From the NCBI GenBank assembly GCA_016187515.1, contig JACPJN010000001.1:1-62097 (forward strand): a stretch of 62,097 bases of DNA, given 5' to 3'. A program made the translations under genes and the position numbers. Origin of the DNA: Candidatus Uhrbacteria bacterium (GTDB lineage: Bacteria; Patescibacteriota; Patescibacteriia; GWA2-47-26). Of this stretch, positions 43,447-51,152 are shown in pieces (position 1 is the first letter of the stretch; the number at the start of each line of letters is the position of its first letter). Under the pieces are notes generated by a model. It was not told where the DNA came from, did no database searches, and was given only the letters and a program-made list of their open reading frames with translations.

Positions 43447-43543
43447 TGTCATTCCGAGCGGAGCCGCAGCGCAGTCGAGGAATCTCTTCACCATGCAAGA
43501 TAAGAGATCTCTCCACTCGGCTCGAGCCTCGGTCGAGATGACA
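43447..43543. repeat. TGTCAT-ended palindromic element
   Basis: TGTCATTCCGAGCG...GTCGAGGAATCTC ... GGTCGAGATGACA. Relatives occur at 14797-14850 and 16125-16180. Confidence 0.7.
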
Positions 43544-43554
43544 AAATTGATGGC

Positions 43555-44853
43555 ATGAAACTTTATAGTACAAACAATCGCGCGCTTATTGCGTCGTTTC
43601 GGGAAGCAGTGCTCCATGGGCTTGCTCCGGATGGCGGACTGTTTATGCCGAAGGACTTGCCGCGCTTGCCAGGGGATTTTTTCCGTACGCTTGAAGGCCG
43701 CAATTTACAAGATATTTCCTTCGCGGTGGCGCGCGCTTTGCTTAAAGACGACGTTCCCGAGGATATACTGCGGCGTATCGTAGAGGAGGCGATAAATTTT
43801 GACGCGCCACTGGTGCGCCTTGACGATGAGACATATGTGCTGGAACTTTTTCATGGACCAACCTTGGCTTTCAAAGATTTTGGCGCGCGGTTTATGGCGC
43901 GGCTGATGGGTTATTTTGTGCAAGGTGCGGATCGTGAATTAACGATTTTAGTGGCGACTTCAGGAGATACCGGCAGCGCCGTGGCGCATGGATTTTTGAA
44001 TGTTTCGGGAATTCGGGTTTTTATTTTATATCCTTCCGGCGGCGTGAGTCCGACGCAAGAAAAAATGCTGACGACTTTGGGCGGAAACATTACGGCGTTG
44101 GAGATTCAAGGCACGTTTGATGACTGCCAAAAACTTGTGAAACAAGCGTTTGTGGATCAGGAACTGCGCGAAAAATTATTTATGTCTTCAGCAAATTCCA
44201 TAAACATCGCGCGCTTAATTCCACAGTCGTTTTATTATTTTTATGCGTATGGCCAGCTTGCGGACATTTCAAAGCCGGTAGTTATTTCCGTGCCGAGCGG
44301 AAATTTTGGGCATTTGACTGCGGGGCTCATGGCCAAGCGTATGGGGTTGCCGGTGACGAAATTTATTGCCGCGTGTAATGCGAATGATGTGGTAGCCGAT
44401 TATTTGCGCACCGGACAGTACAAGCCGCGCCAATCGCAAAAAACACTTTCTAATGCCATGGATGTTGGCGCGCCAAGTAATTTCGCGCGCATGCTTGAGC
44501 TTTACGGCCATGATGTGGAGAAAATGCGAGCGGATGTCTGGAGTATTGGATGTACAGACGCGCAGACACGCGAAATGATTAAGGAAGTATATGAAAAGTG
44601 CAACTATATTCTTGATCCGCACGGCGCGGTTGGATATTGGGGACTTAAACAATATCGCGCTGCTAACGCGGAGCAGTGCGCCGGAATTTTTTTTGAAACC
44701 GCGCATCCGGCAAAATTTCCCGAAACCGTGGAAGAAGTGCTGGGGGTTAAGGTTGACGTACCGGAGCGGATGCGGGATTATATAAGCAAGGAAAAACAGG
44801 CGGTTTTGTTACCTAACGATTTTGTTAATTTCAAAGCGTTTTTGCTGGGTTAA
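43555..44853 (+). CDS. thrC: Threonine synthase
   Basis: FHGPTLAFKDFGARF (PLP lysine), SGDTGSA. 432 aa. Confidence 0.93.
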   Translation: MKLYSTNNRALIASFREAVLHGLAPDGGLFMPKDLPRLPGDFFRTLEGRNLQDISFAVARALLKDDVPEDILRRIVEEAINFDAPLVRLDDETYVLELFHGPTLAFKDFGARFMARLMGYFVQGADRELTILVATSGDTGSAVAHGFLNVSGIRVFILYPSGGVSPTQEKMLTTLGGNITALEIQGTFDDCQKLVKQAFVDQELREKLFMSSANSINIARLIPQSFYYFYAYGQLADISKPVVISVPSGNFGHLTAGLMAKRMGLPVTKFIAACNANDVVADYLRTGQYKPRQSQKTLSNAMDVGAPSNFARMLELYGHDVEKMRADVWSIGCTDAQTREMIKEVYEKCNYILDPHGAVGYWGLKQYRAANAEQCAGIFFETAHPAKFPETVEEVLGVKVDVPERMRDYISKEKQAVLLPNDFVNFKAFLLG

Positions 44854-44865
44854 ATTCTTGGGTGC

Positions 44866-46584
44866 ATGAAAAAATTACTTTGGGCAGTGGTGGTCATTTT
44901 CGTAGCTTTTTGGGCAGTTTGGATTGGCGTATTTTATTACAAAAATTTACGCGGGATTGGACCAGCGGTCCGAGCGCCGAAAGAGGATATTGCGGAGTTG
45001 ATTGATAACCCTCCCACGCCCTCCCTTACTTTAAGGGAGGGGGAGAACCGAACGGGCATGCCGCTTAAACTCCCGCCCGGATTTTCCATTGAAATTTTTG
45101 CCAAAGATTTGCCAGGGGCGCGGGTGATGGTTCCCGATTCATTTGGTGGATTTCTAGTGAGCCAAACATCTGAAGGAAATGTATCAGAGATCATGGGTGA
45201 TCAAGAAAGTGGAAGAGCAGTAGACTTCGGTACGTACTTGAGTGGTTTAAGAAAACCACATGGTATGGTTGTTGATCCAAAAGATCAAGAACATTTTTTC
45301 ATTGCAGAGGAGGATAAAATATCTGAATTCTATGTGGCTACAATGGAAGGACCCGGATTTAGTAAAATTGTTGACTTGCCATCCGGCGGGAATCATACGA
45401 CTCGCACGCTGGGATTTGGGCCAGATGGACGGCTGTATGTATCTATTGGTTCGTCCTGCAATGTGTGTAATGAAAATGATCCGCGACGGGCAGCAATTTA
45501 TGTAGTGGACATTGAAAATAAAAAACTTATTCCGTACGCTACTGGTTTGCGCAATTCGGTATTCTTTACTTGGAGCTATGTTGACGGACGCATGTGGGCA
45601 ACCGAGATGGGGCGGGATTTACTGGGTGATGACCTGCCGCCGGATGAGATTAATATTGTGGAAGGCCCTTCGGCAGACTCAGGGCAAAATCCTCCGGATT
45701 TTGGGTGGCCAATTTGCTATGGAAAAAATATTCATGATAGTGTGTTCGACAAGAATGTATATGTACGCGATCCATGCGCAGATAAAGTGCCGTCTTACAT
45801 TGACTTGCCAGCCCATTCGGCGCCGCTGGGGTTGGCATTTATTCCAAAAGATGCGGGATGGCCAAAAGAATATGAGGGCGATTTATTGGTGGCCTACCAT
45901 GGCTCATGGAATCGCACTAAACCAACCGGTTATAAAGTCGTGCGTATAAAACTAGACGCGCAAGGAAACTATGAAGGTATGGAAGATTTTATTTCCGGCT
46001 GGCTTCAGGATGATGGCACTGCGCTTGGCCGGCCAGTGGACATCCTTGTACAATCCGGCGGAGTGATGTATATTTCAGATGATAAAGCTGGCGTGATTTA
46101 TCGGGTTACCTATTCACCATTAACTCATAACATTTCTCAATCTATGCGTATTGAAAGTCCGGCGTTTGGACAAAACGAACGCATTCCTAAAAAATATACT
46201 TGCGATGGGGAGGATGTAAATCCGCCGCTGACTATCGCTGATGTTCCGGAAGGGACTAAGAGTTTAGCGCTGATTCATGATGATCCGGACGCGACTGACG
46301 GAACATGGGTACATTGGACGGTTTGGAATATTACGCCGGACACTCGTGCGCTGGAGGAAGGAAAAGTTCCGCAAGGGGCAATGGAAGGCACTCAGAGCTG
46401 GGGACGCACCGGTTACGGCGGCCCTTGCCCGCCCTCCGGCGCGCATCGTTACTTTTTCAAACTTTACGCGCTGGATGCGACGCTGGATTTGCCGGCCTCT
46501 ACAGATGCGCAAGGACTTACAAGCGCGATGGAAGGACATATTTTAGCACAGGCAGAACTGATAGGATTATATGAAAGGCAATAA
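44866..46584 (+). CDS. Membrane-anchored fusion: PQQ/sorbosone-dehydrogenase-like beta-propeller plus a YbhB/YbcL (PEBP) domain
   Basis: N-terminal TM. Propeller-like core (GFGPDGRLYVSIGS, DFGWP.CYG). The C-terminus IPKKYTCDGEDVNPPL...DDPDA...HW..WNI...GYGGPCPP.G.HRY.F.LYALD is typical of YbhB/YbcL. Confidence 0.7.
   Translation: MKKLLWAVVVIFVAFWAVWIGVFYYKNLRGIGPAVRAPKEDIAELIDNPPTPSLTLREGENRTGMPLKLPPGFSIEIFAKDLPGARVMVPDSFGGFLVSQTSEGNVSEIMGDQESGRAVDFGTYLSGLRKPHGMVVDPKDQEHFFIAEEDKISEFYVATMEGPGFSKIVDLPSGGNHTTRTLGFGPDGRLYVSIGSSCNVCNENDPRRAAIYVVDIENKKLIPYATGLRNSVFFTWSYVDGRMWATEMGRDLLGDDLPPDEINIVEGPSADSGQNPPDFGWPICYGKNIHDSVFDKNVYVRDPCADKVPSYIDLPAHSAPLGLAFIPKDAGWPKEYEGDLLVAYHGSWNRTKPTGYKVVRIKLDAQGNYEGMEDFISGWLQDDGTALGRPVDILVQSGGVMYISDDKAGVIYRVTYSPLTHNISQSMRIESPAFGQNERIPKKYTCDGEDVNPPLTIADVPEGTKSLALIHDDPDATDGTWVHWTVWNITPDTRALEEGKVPQGAMEGTQSWGRTGYGGPCPPSGAHRYFFKLYALDATLDLPASTDAQGLTSAMEGHILAQAELIGLYERQ
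45005..45045. repeat. CCCTCCC-TTACTTTAA-GGGAGGG hairpin element in frame in gene 44866..46584
   Basis: ATAACCCTCCCACGCCCTCCCTTACTTTAAGGGAGGGGGAG is read as NPPTPSLTLREGEN. It belongs with 13699, 13813, 14751, 32592 and 47533. Confidence 0.85.
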
Positions 46585-46616
46585 GCAGAATTACTGTTAC
46601 TAATTTGTCGCGGCAG

Positions 46617-46729
46617 AAATTCCAATTTCCAATTTCCAAATCCCAAATAAATTCCAAATTCAAAATTACAAACTGGCGATTTGGTTTTTGGCGTTTCCTT
46701 GTAATTTGAGATTTGTGATTTGGAATTTG
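46617..46729. repeat. AT-rich imperfect palindrome (AATTCCAAAT/ATTTGGAATT type)
   Basis: AAATTCCAAATTCAAAATTACAA ... TTGTAATTTGAGATTTGTGATTTGGAATTT. Confidence 0.7.
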
Positions 46730-46734
46730 TTCTT

Positions 46735-47325
46735 ATGAAAAGAAGAATGCCAAGAACATTCTACACTCACCCCACGCTTACCGTGGCAAAAGATTTGCTC
46801 GGCAAATTTTTGGTGCGGCGGATGCCGGGCGGTAAAGTGCTGGCGGGGAAAATTGTGGAGACCGAGGCGTATATTGGCCCGCAAGACCGCGCCTCGCACG
46901 CGTTTGGCGGTAAGCGCACGCCGCGCAATGAGGCCGAATATTTGATTGGCGGGCATGTGTACATTTATTTGGTGTATGGCATGTATTGGCAATTTAATAT
47001 TTCAACCGGGCGGCAGGGCTCGCCGGAATGTGTGTTGATTCGGGCGCTGGAGCCAGATTTGAATGTAAAATGGAAAATGCAAAATGTAAAATTTAGTAAT
47101 GGCCCGGGAAAACTCTGCCGGTGGATGAAATTGGATAAATCTTTTTACGGCGAGGATCTTACCAAATCGCGGCGGCTGTGGCTGGAGAATAGGGGAGTGC
47201 GGGTGTCGCGCGCGCAAATCGTCTCCGGGCCGCGGGTCGGCATTGATTATGCCGGCGCCTACTTTGCCGCGAGGCCGTGGCGGTTTTATCTCCAAGGCAA
47301 TCCGGCGGTTTCCAAGCCGCATTAA
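46735..47325 (+). CDS. mpg: DNA-3-methyladenine glycosylase (Mpg/AAG family)
   Basis: TL.VAKDLLGK.LV, GKIVETEAY.G..D.ASHA, GG.VYIYLVYGMY. Start at 46735 or 46747. Confidence 0.88.
   Translation: MKRRMPRTFYTHPTLTVAKDLLGKFLVRRMPGGKVLAGKIVETEAYIGPQDRASHAFGGKRTPRNEAEYLIGGHVYIYLVYGMYWQFNISTGRQGSPECVLIRALEPDLNVKWKMQNVKFSNGPGKLCRWMKLDKSFYGEDLTKSRRLWLENRGVRVSRAQIVSGPRVGIDYAGAYFAARPWRFYLQGNPAVSKPH
47061..47094. repeat. AT-rich repeat segment in frame in mpg
   Basis: GAATGTAAAATGGAAAATGCAAAATGTAAAATTT is read as NVKWKMQNVKF. It interrupts an otherwise GC-rich conserved region (LIRALEP...GPGKL). Confidence 0.6.
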
Positions 47326-47400
47326 TCCACATTGCCCATTGCTGGACTTTCGGGTATACTGGGGGACTTATCATTAAAGCAGGGGGAACGGAGAAAATAT

Positions 47401-47940
47401 ATGAATAAAAAACGCCTTATTTTACTAATTTTGATAATACTCGGAGTTTGGTATTTTTGGGGACGAGGACAAAAGGCAGATGGGCCGGCGCAGCCCGGTG
47501 TTGAGGAGGCCGCGGTTGAGGAAGAGATCGCAAATAACCCTCCCCAACCCTCCCTTACTTTAAGGGAGGGAGATAATGTGGTGCGGGTGCATTATTTCAC
47601 CAAGGAGGCATTGGCGTCGTGTGCAGTTGAAACCACTTCGATTGAGCAAGCCATTGATCCCAAATACGGACATTTCGCGGCCGGGGCGCTGGTGACTATG
47701 ACATTGCCTTTGTCCGCAGAGCACGCGGCGCAATATGCATCCGCGCTTCCGACTGGGACGCGGCTCTTAACCATGCAGATTGATAAAGAGGGGACCGCGC
47801 GCGCCGATTACAATAGCGCGCTGGACGGGCAGGGCGCGCCGTGTCTTAAAGCCGAGCGCCGCGCGCAGATAGAACGCACGCTTAAAGAATTTTCCGAGAT
47901 TAAAAAGGTGGTGATTACGGTGGAGGGGGAAGTGTGGTAG
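47401..47940 (+). CDS. Membrane-anchored GerMN-like protein
   Basis: ATG 47401, signal anchor LILLILIILGVWYFW. The C-terminal domain resembles GerMN (tentative). Confidence 0.45.
   Translation: MNKKRLILLILIILGVWYFWGRGQKADGPAQPGVEEAAVEEEIANNPPQPSLTLREGDNVVRVHYFTKEALASCAVETTSIEQAIDPKYGHFAAGALVTMTLPLSAEHAAQYASALPTGTRLLTMQIDKEGTARADYNSALDGQGAPCLKAERRAQIERTLKEFSEIKKVVITVEGEVW
47533..47573. repeat. Same hairpin element in frame in gene 47401..47940
   Basis: AATAACCCTCCCCAACCCTCCCTTACTTTAAGGGAGGGAGA is read as NNPPQPSLTLREGDN, in the same frame and orientation as at 45005. Confidence 0.85.
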
Positions 47941-47970
47941 TTTGAGAGGGTTGCCGATTTATAGCACATT

Positions 47971-48735
47971 ATGATAGCCGCAATTTGGCACGATTATCTG
48001 TTTGCCCCGCTGTTGAATTTGCTTATTTATTTTTATAACACGATCGCGTTTGGGAATCTGGGTTTCGCGGTGATCTACATGACGATCGGGTTGCGCATCT
48101 TTCTGATCCCTTTTTCGATCATCGCCGAGCGCAACGGATTCAAATACGAAAAGATCCAAGCCGACGTTTCCGAGATTCAAAAAGAATTCAAAGACGATCC
48201 GGTCGCCCGCAAAGAACATATTCGCGAGCTCATGCGGGCTAATCGGATTCAACCGCTGGCTTCCGTCGTCCTGACCGGCATTCAGCTGCTGACCCTGGTT
48301 TTGCTTTACCAGGTCTTTGTGGGCGGCATGACCGGGAAACTGGCCGCGCTGTATCCTGCCGTGGCTCGTCCGGATGTGATTAACACCAATCTTTTTGGAT
48401 TGGATATTGCGCAGCGCAATATGTACGCGGCCGGATTGGTGGGAGCGCTCCTGTACTGGCAGATTTGGCGGTCGCAGCGGAAGCGCCGCGAGACCCTGGA
48501 GAAGAATGATATTATTTTCAGGTACGCGTTTCCTTTGATCACCTTCGCGGTGCTCGCCAGCTTGCCTTCGGTCAAAGTGATTTTTATTTTGACCGCCATG
48601 GGCTTTGGGTATATAATACACCTATGCCGTCCGTTTTTCACTCGCCGGCTGCAAACCGTTAAACTTACCGCGCTGAAAATACATGACAAAATCGTAGGAG
48701 GCGAAAAGGTTAATTCACTAGATAGCCACGGATAG
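47971..48735 (+). CDS. yidC: Membrane insertase YidC/Oxa1 (short form)
   Basis: GFAVIYMTIGLRIFLIPFS, amphipathic KEH..ELMRANRI.P, five hydrophobic helices. Confidence 0.85.
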   Translation: MIAAIWHDYLFAPLLNLLIYFYNTIAFGNLGFAVIYMTIGLRIFLIPFSIIAERNGFKYEKIQADVSEIQKEFKDDPVARKEHIRELMRANRIQPLASVVLTGIQLLTLVLLYQVFVGGMTGKLAALYPAVARPDVINTNLFGLDIAQRNMYAAGLVGALLYWQIWRSQRKRRETLEKNDIIFRYAFPLITFAVLASLPSVKVIFILTAMGFGYIIHLCRPFFTRRLQTVKLTALKIHDKIVGGEKVNSLDSHG

Positions 48736-48811
48736 AGTACAGGATAGCCACCGATCACAGGATCCGTGATCGCGTGGCCATCTGTCAACATCAGTGGCCA
48801 TCCGTATAATT

Positions 48812-49393
48812 ATGCAAGAATCATTAGATCGTCTGATGTACACGTTTGTGGTGGAGGATGTGCTGAAAGGATTTTTTGTGTATGTGCCGCCGGGATACGT
48901 GGCGTGCGTTTATGACTTGGGCCGCGGGGTGCTTAAAAAATGCCTGCTTCCGGGTCTGCATTTGAAAGTGCCGTTCTGGCAGCGCGCGAAATTATTTAAT
49001 ACCCAGACGCTGGAATATCGCTTGGTCAAGGATTTTAATCCGAAAAATGTCCGGGCGCTTGGGGATGTTCCGGTTTCCGCGATTTCCGCGGACGGCAAGC
49101 CGGTCAACATTGAGGGAACGATTTTACTTAAACTTGATGTTACGCAGATTCCCAATATCTGGCAAAATATCGGCGAGGATTTTGTGGATAAAATCGTGCG
49201 GCCAACGGTGCGCTCGCGTCTGCGGATGATCGCCTCCAGGTTCACCTATGCCGATATGGTTGGCAATCAGCGGGACGCGATTGAGGAAAATGTAAAACAG
49301 GAATTTGAGCGCATCTTTTACCCGAGGGGAATTTTAGTGGAGAACGTTTTGCTCTCCGAGGTCGGAAAGGCGAGAGGAGGACATGAGGAATGA
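48812..49393 (+). CDS. SPFH/band-7 (prohibitin-like) protein
   Basis: YVPPGYVACVYDLGRGV...PGLHLKVPFWQR...TQT is SPFH-like. Start uncertain (48794 GTG, 48812 or 48836). Confidence 0.7.
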   Translation: MQESLDRLMYTFVVEDVLKGFFVYVPPGYVACVYDLGRGVLKKCLLPGLHLKVPFWQRAKLFNTQTLEYRLVKDFNPKNVRALGDVPVSAISADGKPVNIEGTILLKLDVTQIPNIWQNIGEDFVDKIVRPTVRSRLRMIASRFTYADMVGNQRDAIEENVKQEFERIFYPRGILVENVLLSEVGKARGGHEE

Positions 49394-49616
49394 AGAATTT
49401 AGAATGAAGAATTAATACCGCGTAAAAAGGCGGTATTCTGGACAAAAGGTGTGGATAAAGAAGATTGGCAGGAAAGGACGGAGGTGGTAGGTTGATAATG
49501 GTGTCAGTGAGTAAACCACGTTTACTTAGGCGGATCATTCCGAAAGCAAGGCCTCGCGCCTTGTTTTTTGTTTCCTTGACATCCGGCAGGGGTGTGATAG
49601 GGTAAGGGTAGGTCCG

Positions 49617-49694
49617 CCCCCACACCATTGGGCGACATTGGCGTCCAAAGGACGCCAATGTTGTGCGTAGCACAGTCGCCCATTGGTGTGGGGG
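49617..49694 (+). promoter_or_regulatory. Y-shaped (three-way junction) structure in the putative long leader of gene 49842
   Basis: An outer 20-bp stem (CCCCCACACCATTGGGCGAC / GTCGCCCATTGGTGTGGGGG, one mismatch) encloses the hairpins ATTGGCGTCC-AAA-GGACGCCAAT and TGTGC-GTA-GCACA. TTGACA at 49576. Confidence 0.5.
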
Positions 49695-49725
49695 TCCGGT
49701 GGGTCTGGGGTGGTGGTCCGGCAGA

Positions 49726-49767
49726 CCCGCCAAACTTTCCTTCAGCAGAAGGTAAAGTTAGGCGGGG
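49726..49767. repeat. Intergenic copy of the hairpin found in frame at 1790-1831
   Basis: CCCGCCAAACTTTCCTTCAGCAGAAGGTAAAGTTAGGCGGGG. Confidence 0.8.
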
Positions 49768-49841
49768 AAGGTGCCCGGCCATTGACATCTTGGGCTGTCA
49801 CTCGGCCAACCACTCCGACGATTGTCGGAGAGGAGGCAGTC

Positions 49842-50963
49842 ATGTCCGAAGCAACGCAGAAACAAGAACCGGAAGATCTTTCCAAGCTCAAGGGGCCGAG
49901 TTCGTGGTACACGGCGGCGCTGCTGTTTTCGCTCGTCGTGTTTGTTACGAGCATACTGTTTCGGATCCATCATGAGTCAATCAATGTCGACGCCATGAAT
50001 GGCTTGTTGTTGGCTGTGAATTTGCTCGTAATCTGGGGGTCGCTCGCATCTACGGCGCTTGTTTCCGTAGGGTGGTTTGTTTGTAACCGGCTGGGCCACA
50101 AGATCTGGTGGTGGAAAGACGGCGACACCTGGCGCGTGACCGCGCGGAAATACCCGGATGAGGCCAAGGGACTCGTGATTGAGGCGCAAGTCAAGGCGCG
50201 GCCGAGTTTCAAGCTCCGTTGGGGAAGCAAGGGTTGGCACAACGCGATCAGCGACGACGGCTGGGTGGTCAACCTGAAAGGCGAGCGCTTGCATCTCCGG
50301 GATACTTCCCAAGCGACACTCGACAACGAAGGTCTGACCGGCGCGGTGCTTAAGTTCCTTTTCGACGCCGGCTTTGCCTGGCGTATTGTCCCGCTTCAGG
50401 CCGGACGGATGCCTCGATTCGTGGATCGTGGCGGACGCGGGATCGAGGTGTACTACAAGGATGACGGGGTTGACATCGAGGAAATCCTCAAGTCCCGCGA
50501 TTGCGCTGACTACCACAAGCGCATGCAGAAGAAGGCGGGGGAACATGACGCGTCATACCGTCTGATGTATGAAGTCCTCAAAGCCCTTGGTTTGCCCAGC
50601 CCGGTATTCGACGAAACGCTTGTGGAGCGGCTGGAACAGGTACAAGAGGCGAGTCAGCGGTTGCGCGAGGAGCACGATCGGGCGCTTGACATTCTCTGCG
50701 CCGCGTTGCCTGCCTTGCGCGACGCGGTAAAGCGTGCCGGCAGACCGCCCACGAAAATCAAGGCCATGAAGGAACTGTGTCGAGTGCTTGTACACTTGGA
50801 CGCACACCTTCCCAAGGACAGTGTGCTCCGAGCGCAACTCGACGTTTCCGAAGCGTCGCGGCGCATGGTCCTGCGTGCGCTGGATGAGGAGGAGGCCAAG
50901 CTTGCGGCGGCGCGTGGGCCGGGTGTGCAGGGTGATGGCTCCATCGTAGGAGAAGGAGGGTAG
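49842..50963 (+). CDS. Hypothetical membrane protein (373 aa)
   Basis: SD GGAGAGGAGG before ATG 49842. Two N-terminal TM helices and a helical C-terminus. Confidence 0.6.
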   Translation: MSEATQKQEPEDLSKLKGPSSWYTAALLFSLVVFVTSILFRIHHESINVDAMNGLLLAVNLLVIWGSLASTALVSVGWFVCNRLGHKIWWWKDGDTWRVTARKYPDEAKGLVIEAQVKARPSFKLRWGSKGWHNAISDDGWVVNLKGERLHLRDTSQATLDNEGLTGAVLKFLFDAGFAWRIVPLQAGRMPRFVDRGGRGIEVYYKDDGVDIEEILKSRDCADYHKRMQKKAGEHDASYRLMYEVLKALGLPSPVFDETLVERLEQVQEASQRLREEHDRALDILCAALPALRDAVKRAGRPPTKIKAMKELCRVLVHLDAHLPKDSVLRAQLDVSEASRRMVLRALDEEEAKLAAARGPGVQGDGSIVGEGG

Positions 50964-50974
50964 GGGTTCTCCCG

Positions 50975-51032
50975 TTCACCCCCTCTAACTCCCCCTCGCC
51001 TGTCCGCCTAGGGCGGGGAAAGGGGGAGAAAT
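50975..51032. repeat. Reverse-orientation relative of the grpE/NMNAT element
   Basis: CACCCCCTCTAACTCCCCC...GGGGGAGAAA matches the reverse complement of TTTCTCCCCC...GGGGGAGTTAGAGGGGG. Confidence 0.7.
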
Positions 51033-51114
51033 CGGCGGAATCGTTCCAAGTGATTTTCCCGACCAAGATCGGGGGCTGGCGCCACACGGTGTCCAGCTTT
51101 TTTGATTTTTTCAA

Positions 51115-51143
51115 TTGACACAGTACGCGCGATGTGCTATAAT
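51115..51143 (+). promoter_or_regulatory. Consensus promoter, near-leaderless
   Basis: TTGACA-N17-TATAAT. The -10 ends 9 nt before ATG 51153. Confidence 0.7.
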
Positions 51144-51152
51144 ATAGGCGTT

